Part shown: in pieces, positions 20,148 through 33,454 of the stretch
Layout of the letters: every line of letters starts with the position of its first letter
Position numbering within the stretch: the first letter of the stretch is position 1
Source: Alphaproteobacteria bacterium
GTDB lineage: Bacteria > Pseudomonadota > Alphaproteobacteria > Bin95
Assembly: GCA_963665325.3 (NCBI GenBank)
Contig: OZ224045.1
Coordinates: 384,001-448,000, forward strand
DNA: 64,000 nt
Direction: 5' to 3'
Program-made: the position numbers and the translations under genes
Notes under the pieces: generated by a model
Seen by the model: only the letters and a program-made list of their open reading frames with translations
Databases searched by the model: none
Told to the model about the DNA's origin: nothing

Positions 20148-21242
20148 TCAGACGGAAGCCGGGTGGCGTCGGCCGCTCAGCGCCAGCAGCGCGAATCCGA
20201 CCAAAATCGGCACCGCCCCGATAGCATATTGAAGACCGGCTAGAACCGGCAGTTTTGCCACTGCTGCCTTCGTCGCATACGCTCCCACCAGGAGACCGAA
20301 CGCAATCGCCCCGGCCAGTGCCGGTCGAAACGACTGGCCATGGCGGTTCACCCCGCCCAGCAGCAGACAGGCGAGCGCAACGACAGCCATGGCTCCCGGC
20401 ATGAGGCCGCTTGCAAGCCGGAAATGCCCCTCTGCCCTGTGCTTTGCGACATTTGCCCGCCCGACCTCCTCGGCGGAAGGATTCAGCAATTCGTTCAAAG
20501 TCCGTTCCCGCCGGCTGCGCGCTCTCTGCGGAACGGGGGGTAGATTGAGTTCAATTGTGTTGCGGTCGAAATAAACCAGGGTCAGGCGCCCCGTTTCCCG
20601 GTCGATCTCGTGCCTGCTCCCGTTGAAGGCAGTCAGCCTCGGTATTCCGTCCTCTACCGAGACGGTACCCCTTTCGGCCATGTAGGTTATGCGCCGCTCA
20701 GGATCCCGGTCATCCTGAAGCAGGATCCCCGAATACTCGCTGCCGCCGGTGCCGTCATGCACGAACAGAGTCATGTCTCGATCGACTTGCCTGAAGGTGC
20801 CCGGTTGCGCAAACAGGATGGAAAAGCGGTCCCTCAGGCTTGATCGAAGGTCGCGCAGCTCACTTTCGGAGGAAGGCGCCAGCACCAGGGCATTCCATGC
20901 GACGATGCCCATGATCGCCAGTCCCAACAAGAGCGCCGGCGCGGCCAGCCGAAGGTCGCTGACCCCGGCCGCCCGCATGACGATGAGCTCGCTTTCGGAG
21001 GCCATTCGTACATAGACCGTCAGGATGGCGATGAGCAACGCCAGCGGCAGCGCCACCCCGGCAAGATAAGGCAGCGCCAGGAGAACGAGCGCCGCAAACA
21101 GTTCGACGGCAGCTCCGCGTTCCACGATATCGTCGACGAAACGCAACGCTGTCGCCAGCAGCAGCAACGGGCAAAGCGCACCGGCCGCGGCGCCCAGTGC
21201 GACAAGCAAACGCCGCAGGACGTAAAGATCGGTCTGGCGCAT
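20148..21242 (-). CDS. lptF: LPS export ABC transporter permease LptF
   Basis: MRQTDLYVLRR start, ESELIVMRAAGVS, PGTF; divergent from pepA. Confidence 0.87.
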   Translation of the reverse strand: MRQTDLYVLRRLLVALGAAAGALCPLLLLATALRFVDDIVERGAAVELFAALVLLALPYLAGVALPLALLIAILTVYVRMASESELIVMRAAGVSDLRLAAPALLLGLAIMGIVAWNALVLAPSSESELRDLRSSLRDRFSILFAQPGTFRQVDRDMTLFVHDGTGGSEYSGILLQDDRDPERRITYMAERGTVSVEDGIPRLTAFNGSRHEIDRETGRLTLVYFDRNTIELNLPPVPQRARSRRERTLNELLNPSAEEVGRANVAKHRAEGHFRLASGLMPGAMAVVALACLLLGGVNRHGQSFRPALAGAIAFGLLVGAYATKAAVAKLPVLAGLQYAIGAVPILVGFALLALSGRRHPASV

Positions 21243-21284
21243 CGCGAGCCTATATGCTGCTTTACTGAAAACTAGACAAGCCGC

Positions 21285-22757
21285 ATGAGGACTCCCATGA
21301 AGGTTTCTTTCGCCACTCCCGCCCTTCCCCCCTCGGGAGCCTTGGTACTGACGGTCGTCAAAGGAGGGACTCTGGAAGGCTTGGCGGCCGAAGCGGACGC
21401 TGCTGCGTCGGGCGCGCTTTCCAAAGCAATGGCAGCTTCCCGGTTCCACGGTGAGGCGAAGGCTACGCTTGAGGTCATGGTCCCCTCCGGCCTCGATGCC
21501 GAACGGGTCCTGCTCGTCGGAGTGGGGGATGAACTCGATGGGCGTCTGGCGGAGGATCTCGGCGGCACGATCTATTCCGTTCTCGCGAGGTCGGGTTCGG
21601 AGTCGGCGACGCTTGTCTGGCCGCAGGCCGGATCCGCCGCAGTCGTCGGTCTGGGCGCCGCTCTTGCAGCCTACCGCTTCGACAAGTACCGCACACAACT
21701 GAAGGACAAGGACAAACCGGTGCTCGCCGAACTCGTCATCGCAGCGCCGGATGCCGATGCTGCCCGCCGGTCCTACGATGAGGACGGCGCCAAGATAGTC
21801 GAAGCAGTCAAATTTGCGCGCGACTTCGTCTCGGAGCCCGGCAATGTTCTTTACCCGGAGACTTACGCGGAAGGGCTTCGCGAATTGGAAGCGGTCGGCG
21901 TCTCGGTGGAAGTGTTCGACCGGGCGGCGCTGGAAGAGCTGAACATGGCGACGCTGTTGGGCGTAGCGCAAGGCAGTGCTCGAGAGGCCCGGGTGGTCGT
22001 CATGCGCTGGAATGGAGCCGAGGGACCGCCGATAGCTCTCGTCGGCAAAGGCGTGACCTTCGACACTGGCGGCATATCGATCAAGCCGAGCGGCGGCATG
22101 GAAGAGATGAAATGGGATATGGGCGGATCCGCCGCTGTGGTCGGAGCGATGAAGGCGATTGCCGGCCGCAAGGCGGCCGCGAATGTCGTCGGTATCGTAG
22201 GCCTTGTGGAGAACATGCCTTCCTCGACGGCGCAACGGCCAGGCGACGTCGTAGCCAGCTATTCCGGCCAGACTGTCGAGGTAATCAATACCGATGCTGA
22301 AGGACGCCTCGTTCTGGCGGACCTGCTGGCCTATGTCATCGAAGTTTACAAGCCACGCGCTGTGGTCGATCTGGCAACGTTGACCGGCGCCATCGTTATG
22401 GCGCTCGCCCACGAATATGCCGGCATCTTCTCCAATGACGAGGCGCTGGCGCAATCGCTGCTGGCGGCAGGCGACGCCGTGGACGAGAAGTTATGGCGGT
22501 TTCCGCTTCATGACGCCTACGACAAGATGCTGGAATCGCCTATCGCCGACATGAGGAACATCGGCTCCTCGCGCGAGGCGGGCGCGATAACGGCAGCGCA
22601 ATTCCTGAAGCGTTTTGTCGGCGAGACGCCGTGGGCACATCTCGACATTGCCGGCACAGCTTGGACCGACAAGGCGCGTCCGACCGTGCCCAAGGGCGCG
22701 ACAGGCTACGGCGTCCGCCTGCTCGACCGGCTGGTCCGGGATGTCTGCGAAAGCTGA
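21285..22757 (+). CDS. pepA: Leucyl aminopeptidase
   Basis: VGKGVTFDTGGISIK, MKWDMGG, NTDAEGRL, WAHLDIAG. Confidence 0.96.
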   Translation: MRTPMKVSFATPALPPSGALVLTVVKGGTLEGLAAEADAAASGALSKAMAASRFHGEAKATLEVMVPSGLDAERVLLVGVGDELDGRLAEDLGGTIYSVLARSGSESATLVWPQAGSAAVVGLGAALAAYRFDKYRTQLKDKDKPVLAELVIAAPDADAARRSYDEDGAKIVEAVKFARDFVSEPGNVLYPETYAEGLRELEAVGVSVEVFDRAALEELNMATLLGVAQGSAREARVVVMRWNGAEGPPIALVGKGVTFDTGGISIKPSGGMEEMKWDMGGSAAVVGAMKAIAGRKAAANVVGIVGLVENMPSSTAQRPGDVVASYSGQTVEVINTDAEGRLVLADLLAYVIEVYKPRAVVDLATLTGAIVMALAHEYAGIFSNDEALAQSLLAAGDAVDEKLWRFPLHDAYDKMLESPIADMRNIGSSREAGAITAAQFLKRFVGETPWAHLDIAGTAWTDKARPTVPKGATGYGVRLLDRLVRDVCES

Positions 22758-23190
22758 CCCGCCGGGTTTCTACGACCTGGATGGCGCCCCGCTCGACCTT
22801 GGCCTGGGCCGGCTACTCGAAGCCGCACTGGCCGAAGGTCGGCGGGTATGCGTCCGCCTCGGCCAGGAGGAACGCGTAGCAGCGCTCGACCAAGGACTTT
22901 GGACCTATCGCAACGACAGCTTCCTGCCCCATGGAAGCGAAGGCGACCCCGCGGAGCATCCGGTGTGGCTGACGGCGGCGCTCGGGAATCCCAACGCGGC
23001 CGACCTGCTTGTCGTCGTGGACGATGCGTCCATGGATGGACGGGACGAATTCGCCGGTACCATCTATCTGTTCGACCGGCGCGACCCTGCAATGAGGGAC
23101 ATCGCCCGCGATCGCTTTGCTGCGTTTCGCGACCACGGAAACCCGCCTGGCTACCTGCGGTTCGGGACTCAAGGCTGGCCCCAATCGTAA
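22741..23190 (+). CDS. holC: DNA polymerase III chi subunit
   Basis: LDQGLWTY...SFLPHG...PVWL...NPN; follows pepA. Confidence 0.88.
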   Translation: MSAKADPPGFYDLDGAPLDLGLGRLLEAALAEGRRVCVRLGQEERVAALDQGLWTYRNDSFLPHGSEGDPAEHPVWLTAALGNPNAADLLVVVDDASMDGRDEFAGTIYLFDRRDPAMRDIARDRFAAFRDHGNPPGYLRFGTQGWPQS

Positions 23191-23260
23191 GGGCGTCGTT
23201 GTGCGGAACGGTCGGCATGGCTATAACGCCGCGCCCGCCAAGCTGGGGAGGAGACCTGAA

Positions 23261-23683
23261 GTGGCGACCGAACGCACATTGTCGATTGTGAAACCCGACG
23301 CGACCCGACGACAATTGACGGGGGAGATCGTCGCCCGGCTGGAGAAGGCGGGACTACAGGTCGTGGCCCAGAAACGCATCCGGCTGACACGGGAGCAGGC
23401 GGAGGGCTTCTATGCCGAGCACAGCGAACGGCCGTTCTTCGACGACCTTTGCACCTTCATGACCTCCGGCCCGGTTGTCGTCCAGGTCCTCGAAAGCGAG
23501 AACGCTATCGATCAAAATCGCGAGATCATGGGCGTCACCAACCCGGCCAATGCCGCCGATGGCACCATCCGCAAGGATTATGGCGAGTCGATCGAGGCCA
23601 ATTCCGTCCACGGCTCGGACTCTCCGGAAAGCGCGGAGCGGGAAATCACCTATTTCTTCAGCACCTGCGAAATCGTCGGCTAG
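23261..23683 (+). CDS. ndk: Nucleoside diphosphate kinase
   Basis: [29 protein letters not shown]. Confidence 0.97.
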   Translation: MATERTLSIVKPDATRRQLTGEIVARLEKAGLQVVAQKRIRLTREQAEGFYAEHSERPFFDDLCTFMTSGPVVVQVLESENAIDQNREIMGVTNPANAADGTIRKDYGESIEANSVHGSDSPESAEREITYFFSTCEIVG

Positions 23684-24429
23684 GAACGGTCCGGGCTGTC
23701 TACACGGGCTACGGACAGGGCATCGACGCGGGCAGCGCCTGAGCGTTTCAGGACCCGCGCGCAGGCTTCGAGCGTCGCCCCGGTCGTCAGCACATCGTCC
23801 ACGATCACGATACGCGCTCCGCGCACACGGTCCCGCCAGGCCGGCGCCAGCCGGAATGCGCCGGCGACATTGCGCCCGCGCTCGCGCCGCCCGAGTTCGG
23901 TCTGCGGGCGGGTACGCCGAATGCGCCGCAGCATATCGGGAGCGAAGACCGCCCTGCCCCTTGCCGCCAGGCGCCGGGCCAGCAGCGCGGACTGGTTGTA
24001 GCGGCGCCGGTAGAGCCGCATCCAGTGGAGCGGTACCGGCACGATCCAGTCCGCGTCCTTCAGCAAGGTGGCGCCGGCATCCAGCGTCCAGACCGTCAGT
24101 ATCGGCGCCAGGCCGGTCTCGTCGCGAAACTTAAACCGGTGGATAAGGTCTCTCGCGTTACCTTCATAAATTAGTGCACTTCTAGCGCGATCATAGGCCG
24201 GACGCCTCGCCATGCATGCCGCACACAAGGAAGCGGCTTCTGCCTCGAAGGCGAAGGGCCGCCCGCAACAGTCGCAGAGCGGCTCCGCCACGAAAGCAAG
24301 ATCCGACCAGCAGGCTGCACAAAGGGTCGCCGGGTCCGCGACAGGACCGCGGCAGGAAGCGCAGCGCGGCGGCAGCGCCAGGTCCAGCAGCAGCCGACCG
24401 AACGCTGCGGCTCCAACCACGGGTAACAC
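23680..24429 (-). CDS. comF: ComF-family protein (zinc ribbon plus PRTase)
   Basis: CxxC pairs, VPVPLH...[17 protein letters not shown]. Confidence 0.92.
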   Translation of the reverse strand: MLPVVGAAAFGRLLLDLALPPRCASCRGPVADPATLCAACWSDLAFVAEPLCDCCGRPFAFEAEAASLCAACMARRPAYDRARSALIYEGNARDLIHRFKFRDETGLAPILTVWTLDAGATLLKDADWIVPVPLHWMRLYRRRYNQSALLARRLAARGRAVFAPDMLRRIRRTRPQTELGRRERGRNVAGAFRLAPAWRDRVRGARIVIVDDVLTTGATLEACARVLKRSGAARVDALSVARVDSPDRS

Positions 24430-24438
24430 CGGCCGGGA

Positions 24439-25971
24439 TCAGGCGGGACGGCTCCAAAACCGGGTCGTGCCATCACGATCCAACTGCTCCACCAGCCCGG
24501 TTTCCCAGTCGAGGTAAGCCTGCATGTTCTCCTCGACGGTTCCGGCCTGCTCATAAGGCTTCAGCCAGACGTCGTCGGGCGTATCCGCCATGTGCGCAGC
24601 CCCGCTTTCCAGCGGACCCGTCCATGCGCGCGTACCGCCCTCCAGCACCGCGACCGGGCGGTCGAAATCGCCTGCGGCCAATCGCGCCAGCTGTCCGTCG
24701 GGCGAGGTGAAGACATAGCGCTCCGCGTCCGGCAGACGCGCCGAAGCGAGCCTCGAGCGGACCGCAAACCAGGCTCCCGGAATGTGGCCGTCGGCATAGG
24801 TCTTGCTGTCGGCGAAATCGACCACGACCGCTCCTTCGACCGCCTCCGGCCCGACTGTCGGCACGTCGGCCAGCCCCGGTATCTCGTGAGCCTCGGGCCC
24901 GGTCTCCAGCGGGCCGGTCTCAAGCGCCCCTTCGAGCACCGCGGCCTCCCAGTTCATCTGCCGGAGCCAGTGGGCGGTCATCGCCGCACGGACGCCGGTG
25001 TCGTCCACCAGGAAGATGCGGGCGCCCTGCACCGCCGCATAGCGGTCCGTCGCCTGCACCAATTGGCCGCCGGGCGCGGAACGCGAGCCCTTCAGGTGCC
25101 CCGCTTCGAACTCATGCGGATGTCGCACGTCGAACACATAGGTCGTCCGGCCGGGCGCAGGTGCGATCTCGCGCACGACCGGCACCTCGAAACGCCCGGC
25201 AACCGCCCTGGCACAGGCGCGCGCCGCTTCCAGCCCGGACGCGCTCGGTTCCGGCGCAGGGCGCTCATTGCCACGCTCCAGTTCGAGGCCGGCGAGATGC
25301 CAGCCCATGGTGCCGTTGCGCAGCGCCGCGACCCGGTTCGGTATGCCGGCATTGATGAGCGATTGCGCCCCGATGATGCTGCGTGTCCGCCCGGCGCAAT
25401 TGACGATAACCGTCGTGTCCGGCGAGGGGGCGAGGTCGTGGACGCGATAGACGAGTTCCGCTCCCGGACAGCAGGTCCCGGTCGGAATGTTCATATTCCG
25501 GAACTCGTCCATCGGCCGGCTGTCCAGCACGACTACCGGGTCCGGGCCGTCGAGCATTTCCTTGAGCTCATCTGCCGACACGGACGGAGTGTCGTAGGCG
25601 TGCTCGACATATTCGCCGAACGCCTTGCTCGGCACGTTGAAGCCGGAGAACACCTCGCAGCCCGCCTGCCGCCAGGCCTCGACCCCGTTCGCGAACAAGG
25701 CGACATCGGTGTAGCCGAGTTCGCCGAGTCGCGCCGCGCCGTGTTCCGCCAACCCCTCGCCATTGTCGGTGACGACGATCCTCGTCGCCTTGCGCGGCAC
25801 CAGGTCGCGGATCGACAGCTCCAGCCGCGAAAGCGGGACATTGCACGCATGCAACAGATGGGCCGGCGCAAACGAACCTTCCTCGCGCATGTCGAGAATG
25901 GCCAGTTCTGCCTCTCCATCCAGCGCCTCGCGCAACTCCTCGGCCGAGATCAGGCTATAGTTCTCGTTCAT
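24439..25971 (-). CDS. Multi-domain rhodanese-related sulfurtransferase
   Basis: Repeated rhodanese modules, NVPSKAFGE, VNCAGRTRSIIG, YLDWE. Confidence 0.85.
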   Translation of the reverse strand: MNENYSLISAEELREALDGEAELAILDMREEGSFAPAHLLHACNVPLSRLELSIRDLVPRKATRIVVTDNGEGLAEHGAARLGELGYTDVALFANGVEAWRQAGCEVFSGFNVPSKAFGEYVEHAYDTPSVSADELKEMLDGPDPVVVLDSRPMDEFRNMNIPTGTCCPGAELVYRVHDLAPSPDTTVIVNCAGRTRSIIGAQSLINAGIPNRVAALRNGTMGWHLAGLELERGNERPAPEPSASGLEAARACARAVAGRFEVPVVREIAPAPGRTTYVFDVRHPHEFEAGHLKGSRSAPGGQLVQATDRYAAVQGARIFLVDDTGVRAAMTAHWLRQMNWEAAVLEGALETGPLETGPEAHEIPGLADVPTVGPEAVEGAVVVDFADSKTYADGHIPGAWFAVRSRLASARLPDAERYVFTSPDGQLARLAAGDFDRPVAVLEGGTRAWTGPLESGAAHMADTPDDVWLKPYEQAGTVEENMQAYLDWETGLVEQLDRDGTTRFWSRPA

Positions 25972-26001
25972 GGGCTTTCCTTCCGGCGCAGCGGGGCGTC
26001 G

Positions 26002-26775
26002 ATGATACCGCAACTCTTCGACCGAGGCGCCCTACGGCGCCACCGCGACCGGGCGGCGGCAGCGCCGCCGGACGCCGGTTTCCTGTTTCGCGAGGTGGCG
26101 GAGCGCCTGGCCGACCGGCTCGACGATGTAACGGTCGCCTTGCCGGTCGCCCTCGACATCGGCGCGCGCGACGGCGTGCTGGCGAAGGCGCTGGAGGGAC
26201 GGGGCGGAATCGAAACCCTCATCCGCCTGGAGGTCTCTGAGGCGCTCTGCCGCGCCGGAGGCGGCATCTCCGCCGTCGGCGAGGAAGACCGCCTGCCCTT
26301 CGCGCGGCAGAGCTTCAACCTGATTGCGAGCAACCTCGCTTTGCACTGGACGCAGGACCTGCCGGGCGCGCTCGTCCAGATCAAGCAGGCGCTCAAGCCG
26401 GGCGGCCTGTTCCTCGCCAGCCTGTTCGGCGGCGAAACGCTGACCGAACTGCGCCATGGCCTGCTTGCCGCCGATGCTGCTACGTCCGGAGGCGCCGCGC
26501 CCAGGGTTTCCCCGTTCGCCGACCTGCGCGATGCCGCCGGGCTGTTGCAGCGTGCCGGCTTCGACCTCCCGGTTGCCGATCTGGATACCATCCGGGTGAG
26601 CTACGACTCGCCGTTCAAACTGATGGCCGACCTGCGCGCCATGGGCGAGACCAACGCGCTGGACGCCCGGCCGCGGCACTTCGCCCGCCGCGCACTCTTT
26701 GCCGAACTCGCTTCGCAACAGGCGGGCCGGCAGGCGGCAACCTTCCAGATCATCTATCTCTCCGGCTGGGCCTGA
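26002..26775 (+). CDS. SAM-dependent methyltransferase (BioC/NDUFAF5-like)
   Basis: FDR...HRDRA, LDIGA, SNLALHW.QDLPG, RVSPF, DLRAMGE. Confidence 0.88.
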   Translation: MIPQLFDRGALRRHRDRAAAAPPDAGFLFREVAERLADRLDDVTVALPVALDIGARDGVLAKALEGRGGIETLIRLEVSEALCRAGGGISAVGEEDRLPFARQSFNLIASNLALHWTQDLPGALVQIKQALKPGGLFLASLFGGETLTELRHGLLAADAATSGGAAPRVSPFADLRDAAGLLQRAGFDLPVADLDTIRVSYDSPFKLMADLRAMGETNALDARPRHFARRALFAELASQQAGRQAATFQIIYLSGWA

Positions 26776-27782
26776 CCGCGAACGAGGCGGGCGCCTGCGA
26801 CCATTGCCCGCAGCTTTTCCCGCGCAAGCCAGCGCGGGAGGGCGGAGAAGCCGCAATCTGCGGTGACCCAGAGCCGGTCTCTCGGCACAACGGCCAGCAC
26901 GCGCTCCAGCCGCGCGGCGACCTCCTCCGGCGTTTCGATGTGGAACGACTTCACGTCGATCACGCCAGCCGCGATGCGGTAGCGCTCCGCCAGCGCCGGT
27001 AACATATCCAGGTCCGCCATCTCGCGGTTGGCGAATTCCAGCACCAGCATCGAGCAGTCGAGCATGGCCATGCCCGGCAGCAGGCGGGCGAAACCGCGCG
27101 GCGCGTATGGGCGGGACGCATTGTTGCCGAAGCAGATATGCACCGCGACCCGCTCCGAATGGCCTGCCACGGCCTTGTTGATCGCCTCCGCGCGGCTGCG
27201 GCTGTCGAGGCCGTAGGAGGGATCGGTGAAACCGGGCTCGTCAATCTGGACCAGTTCCGCCCCCTCTTCCGCAAGCCTGTCGAGTTCGTCTTTCACGATG
27301 CCGGCGATGTCGTCCAGCAGCGCCATCGCGTCGCCGCCATAGGGACCTTCCGGCTCGATCTTGGGCATGAAGGTCAGCGGGCCGGGAAACGCCGCCTTGA
27401 GCAGCCTGCCGGGCGCCAGTTCCCGGAGCCGGCGGTATTCGGCCGCAATGCCGAGGCCGCCCGGCGCACGCACACGCTCGCGGGCCACGAAGTGCGGCGC
27501 CCGGTCATAGCCCGGCACACCGAGCCGCCGGCCGGCCGGAATCCGCTCTATCCCGGTCAGCCGGTCGTACATCTCATAGACGAACCGGCTCCGCCGAAGC
27601 TCGCCGTCGGACAGGATGTCCACGCCCGCCTCAATCTGGTCGGCAATCGCAATGCGGGTCGCATCGTCCAAGGCTTCCTCGACATCCTCGGCGCCGGTCC
27701 GTCCTCCGCGCATGGCCTCCCGGAACAGGAACAGCCAGCCGGGCGCTGCGTAAGACCCCACGCCCATCGTGGGCAAATCCAT
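26754..27782 (-). CDS. Cobalamin-independent methionine synthase-like protein (catalytic half only)
   Basis: VGSY, SDGELRR, QIDEP, HICFGN zinc motif, LEFAN, GVIDVK, DCGF; 342 aa. Confidence 0.85.
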   Translation of the reverse strand: MDLPTMGVGSYAAPGWLFLFREAMRGGRTGAEDVEEALDDATRIAIADQIEAGVDILSDGELRRSRFVYEMYDRLTGIERIPAGRRLGVPGYDRAPHFVARERVRAPGGLGIAAEYRRLRELAPGRLLKAAFPGPLTFMPKIEPEGPYGGDAMALLDDIAGIVKDELDRLAEEGAELVQIDEPGFTDPSYGLDSRSRAEAINKAVAGHSERVAVHICFGNNASRPYAPRGFARLLPGMAMLDCSMLVLEFANREMADLDMLPALAERYRIAAGVIDVKSFHIETPEEVAARLERVLAVVPRDRLWVTADCGFSALPRWLAREKLRAMVAGARLVRGQAQPER

Positions 27783-27860
27783 CTTGTTTCCTCCTTTCGA
27801 ACTCCGGCACGGGGACAGCGACAGCTTCCCGGATGCCGGGTCCCGCCCGACAGGCCGGAC

Positions 27861-30619
<2,759 letters not shown>

Positions 30620-30625
30620 CCGCTC

Positions 30626-31609
30626 ATGCACCGCCTGTCTGTCGCGCCGATGATGGACCGGACGGACCGGCACTGCCGGTACTTCCACCGGGTGCTCTCG
30701 CGACAGGCGCGCCTCTACACCGAGATGCTGACCGCCGGTGCCGTCATCCACGGAGACCGGGACCGGCTACTCGGCTTCGATCCGGTCGAGCACCCCGTCG
30801 CGCTGCAACTCGGCGGGAGCGACCCGGACATGCTTGCCGAGGCATCGCGCATCGGCGAGCGCCTTGGCTATGACGAGATCAACCTGAACTGCGGCTGCCC
30901 GAGCGACCGTGTGAAGAAAGGCCGATTCGGAGCCGGCCTGATGGCGGAGCCGGAGCTTGTCGGCCGCTGCCTCGGCGCGATGCGCGAGGCGGTTTCGGTC
31001 CCGGTAACGGTCAAGTGCCGCGTCGGGATCGACGACCAGGACGACGACGCCCTCATGCGTTTTGGCGAGATCGTGCACGCGCTCTCCGGCGTTTCCGTCT
31101 TCATCGTCCATGCGCGCAAGGCCTGGCTCAAGGGCCTCAGCCCGAAACAGAACCGTGAAGTGCCGCCGCTGCGCTACGAGCTGGCGTTCGCCCTGAAGGC
31201 GGCCCGGCCGGACCTCTGCATCGTGTTGAATGGCGGCATTACCGATCTGGATGCTGCAGATGCCTTGCTGGCGGAGGGAGCGGTCGATGGCGTCATGCTG
31301 GGCCGCGCCGCCTATTCCGACCCCTGGCTTCTGGCCGATGCGGACCGCCGCCTGTTCGGGACGCAGAACCCGGTGACGGTGCGCCAGGAGGCGGTGGAAG
31401 CCCTGCTGCCCTACGCAGAGCGGCTGGCGGCGGACGGCGTCCGTCTGCATGCGCTGGCACGCCATATCCACGGGCTGTTCCAGGGCTGCCCCGGCGCACG
31501 CGCCTTCCGCCGCCACCTGGCCGAGAACGCGCACCTTCCCGGCGCAGGGCCCGAGGTGTTGGCGGCAGCCGCCAGCCTCGCTATCCCGCCCGACCGTCTG
31601 GCAGCCTGA
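30626..31609 (+). CDS. dusA: tRNA-dihydrouridine synthase A
   Basis: SVAPMMD.TDRHCRYF, NLNCGCPSDRV, HARKAWLKGLSPKQNR. Confidence 0.95.
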   Translation: MHRLSVAPMMDRTDRHCRYFHRVLSRQARLYTEMLTAGAVIHGDRDRLLGFDPVEHPVALQLGGSDPDMLAEASRIGERLGYDEINLNCGCPSDRVKKGRFGAGLMAEPELVGRCLGAMREAVSVPVTVKCRVGIDDQDDDALMRFGEIVHALSGVSVFIVHARKAWLKGLSPKQNREVPPLRYELAFALKAARPDLCIVLNGGITDLDAADALLAEGAVDGVMLGRAAYSDPWLLADADRRLFGTQNPVTVRQEAVEALLPYAERLAADGVRLHALARHIHGLFQGCPGARAFRRHLAENAHLPGAGPEVLAAAASLAIPPDRLAA

Positions 31610-31622
31610 AGGCATAATCCCA

Positions 31623-32522
31623 ATGAATCAGCTTGAATTAGGCGCACTTGAACAAGTGGAAGTCCGTCAAATTTGGCCGCACGAAGCGCACGACTTCACG
31701 CCATGGTTGGCGGACAACCTCGACAAGCTATCCGCCGTGTTGCATGTGGATCTTGAGCGTGAAGGCACTGAGGTACAAGTAGGGCGGTACAGAGCGGATA
31801 TTGTCGCCCGCATACCGCAAGATGACACGCGCGTACTCATTGAAAACCAAATCGACGAAGCCAACCTGCAGCATCTGGGGCAAGTGCTTGCCTATCTTGC
31901 CGGCTTAGACGCCGAAATCGTCGTCTGGATTGCGACCGGTTTTGACGAGGCGCACCTCTCCGCAATCCGTTGGCTGAACGAACACACGGCGGACCCGTTC
32001 GCATTCTTCGCAATCAGGCTGGAGGTCGTCTGCATCGGCGATTCGAAACCGGCGCCGGTATTCGACGTGCTTGAGCGTCCAAACCGTTGGCAACGTCAAG
32101 CGCAGGAGGTCAATCGCAGCGGCGCACTCAGTGAAATCGGCAGGTTTCGGCGAGAGTTTTGGGCGCATTTCGTTTCGCGGATACCGGATGCACCCGGATT
32201 GCAGCCCGGCTATGCTGGAAGCAATGTCTGGCACCGGATCGAGGGTGCCGATGTGAGCATTGTCCAGTTCCTCTCCGCTAGTCGGGTAGGTGTTTATCTG
32301 AGCGGTCGCTGGGGTGAATCGCGCGAAGCCGCGGGCGACAGAATCGAGCCGTATGCTGCGAAAGTCCGCGAAGCGTTGAGTGACTATGGAATGCAGGACA
32401 GCAGATTCGGTCCGTGTCACTCGGCGCTGAGTACGGATACCAGCGACCGGCGCAACTGGGATAGAATGGCAGACTGGCTCGATAGCCGGCGACAAGCTTA
32501 TGAGCAGGCCCTCTCCCGATAG
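31623..32522 (+). CDS. DUF4268-type protein with a PD-(D/E)XK-like N-terminus
   Basis: IWPHEAHDFTPWL, VGRYRADI, IENQ, HLGQVLAY; visibly lower GC than neighbours. Confidence 0.75.
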   Translation: MNQLELGALEQVEVRQIWPHEAHDFTPWLADNLDKLSAVLHVDLEREGTEVQVGRYRADIVARIPQDDTRVLIENQIDEANLQHLGQVLAYLAGLDAEIVVWIATGFDEAHLSAIRWLNEHTADPFAFFAIRLEVVCIGDSKPAPVFDVLERPNRWQRQAQEVNRSGALSEIGRFRREFWAHFVSRIPDAPGLQPGYAGSNVWHRIEGADVSIVQFLSASRVGVYLSGRWGESREAAGDRIEPYAAKVREALSDYGMQDSRFGPCHSALSTDTSDRRNWDRMADWLDSRRQAYEQALSR

Positions 32523-32618
32523 TCGGTAGCGTAGACCTCTGCCCGGCACGGTAGCCGGTTGTAGTGCGCAATATGCTTTTCAGCCGATAGTATCTTGTCG
32601 GCCGGGCGACGCGGCGCG

Positions 32619-33413
32619 CTACCGCGCGGTCCAGCCGCCGTCGATCACGAGTTCCGCGCCGGTCATGAAGGCGCTGTCGGGCGAGGCGAGAAAGAGGACG
32701 CCTGCCGCGATGTCCGTCGGCCCGCCGAGGCGCTTTATCGGATGCAGGTCGGTGACGAACTGGCGCGCGGCATTGTCCGACATGCCCGTGCTGATCCAGC
32801 GGTCCAGCACCTGTCCCGCCATGTCGGTGTCGATCAGGCCCGGATGGACCGAGTTCACACGAATGTTGTAGCCAAGTTGCGCGACTTCGAGCGCCGCCGA
32901 CTTGGTCAGCAACCGGACCGCGCCCTTGGACGCGCTGTAGATTGCCGAGAGCGGCGAGCCGACCAGCCCGGCAACCGAGGAGATATTGACGATGCTGGCG
33001 GCGTCCGCGCCTGCCGGCGTGTCCTTCATCGCCCGAATGGCGTGCTTTATGCCGAGGAAGACGCCCATGACATTCACGTCCATCAGCCGGCGATAATCCT
33101 CGACCGACATCTCTTCGAGCTTCGCATAGCTGTAGATGCCGGCATTGTTGACCAGGATGTTCGGCGCGCCGAACCGGCTGCCGACTTTTGCAAGCGCGCT
33201 TTCCCAGCCGGCTTCGTCCGTCACGTCCTGGGCGATGAAGTGCGCTTCGCCGCCCGCCGACGCGATTTCCTCGACAATGCGGTGGCCGTTGTCCTCGATG
33301 AGGTCGGACACGGCGACCCTGGCCCCGGCTTCCGCCAGCCGGCGCGCAATTCCGGCTCCGATGCCGCGTCCCGCGCCCGTTACCAGCGCAACCTTTCCGT
33401 CCACCCGGTTCAT
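32619..33413 (-). CDS. Short-chain dehydrogenase/reductase
   Basis: TGAGRGIG, NNAG, YSASK, VNSVHPG, DGG. Confidence 0.92.
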   Translation of the reverse strand: MNRVDGKVALVTGAGRGIGAGIARRLAEAGARVAVSDLIEDNGHRIVEEIASAGGEAHFIAQDVTDEAGWESALAKVGSRFGAPNILVNNAGIYSYAKLEEMSVEDYRRLMDVNVMGVFLGIKHAIRAMKDTPAGADAASIVNISSVAGLVGSPLSAIYSASKGAVRLLTKSAALEVAQLGYNIRVNSVHPGLIDTDMAGQVLDRWISTGMSDNAARQFVTDLHPIKRLGGPTDIAAGVLFLASPDSAFMTGAELVIDGGWTAR

Positions 33414-33454
33414 ACCTCTTCGCTCCTCGCCTATGGAATGCCGTGTCTTTCCGG

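Noticed and set aside
20148-22454. 768-aa version of LptF, and similar extensions of tyrC, the methyltransferase and the Nit protein
   Set aside because: The extensions overlap neighbouring real genes; family similarity begins at the downstream starts.
30626-31609. dusA-associated integrative island
   Set aside because: dusA is intact, panE lies directly upstream, and no integrase is nearby.
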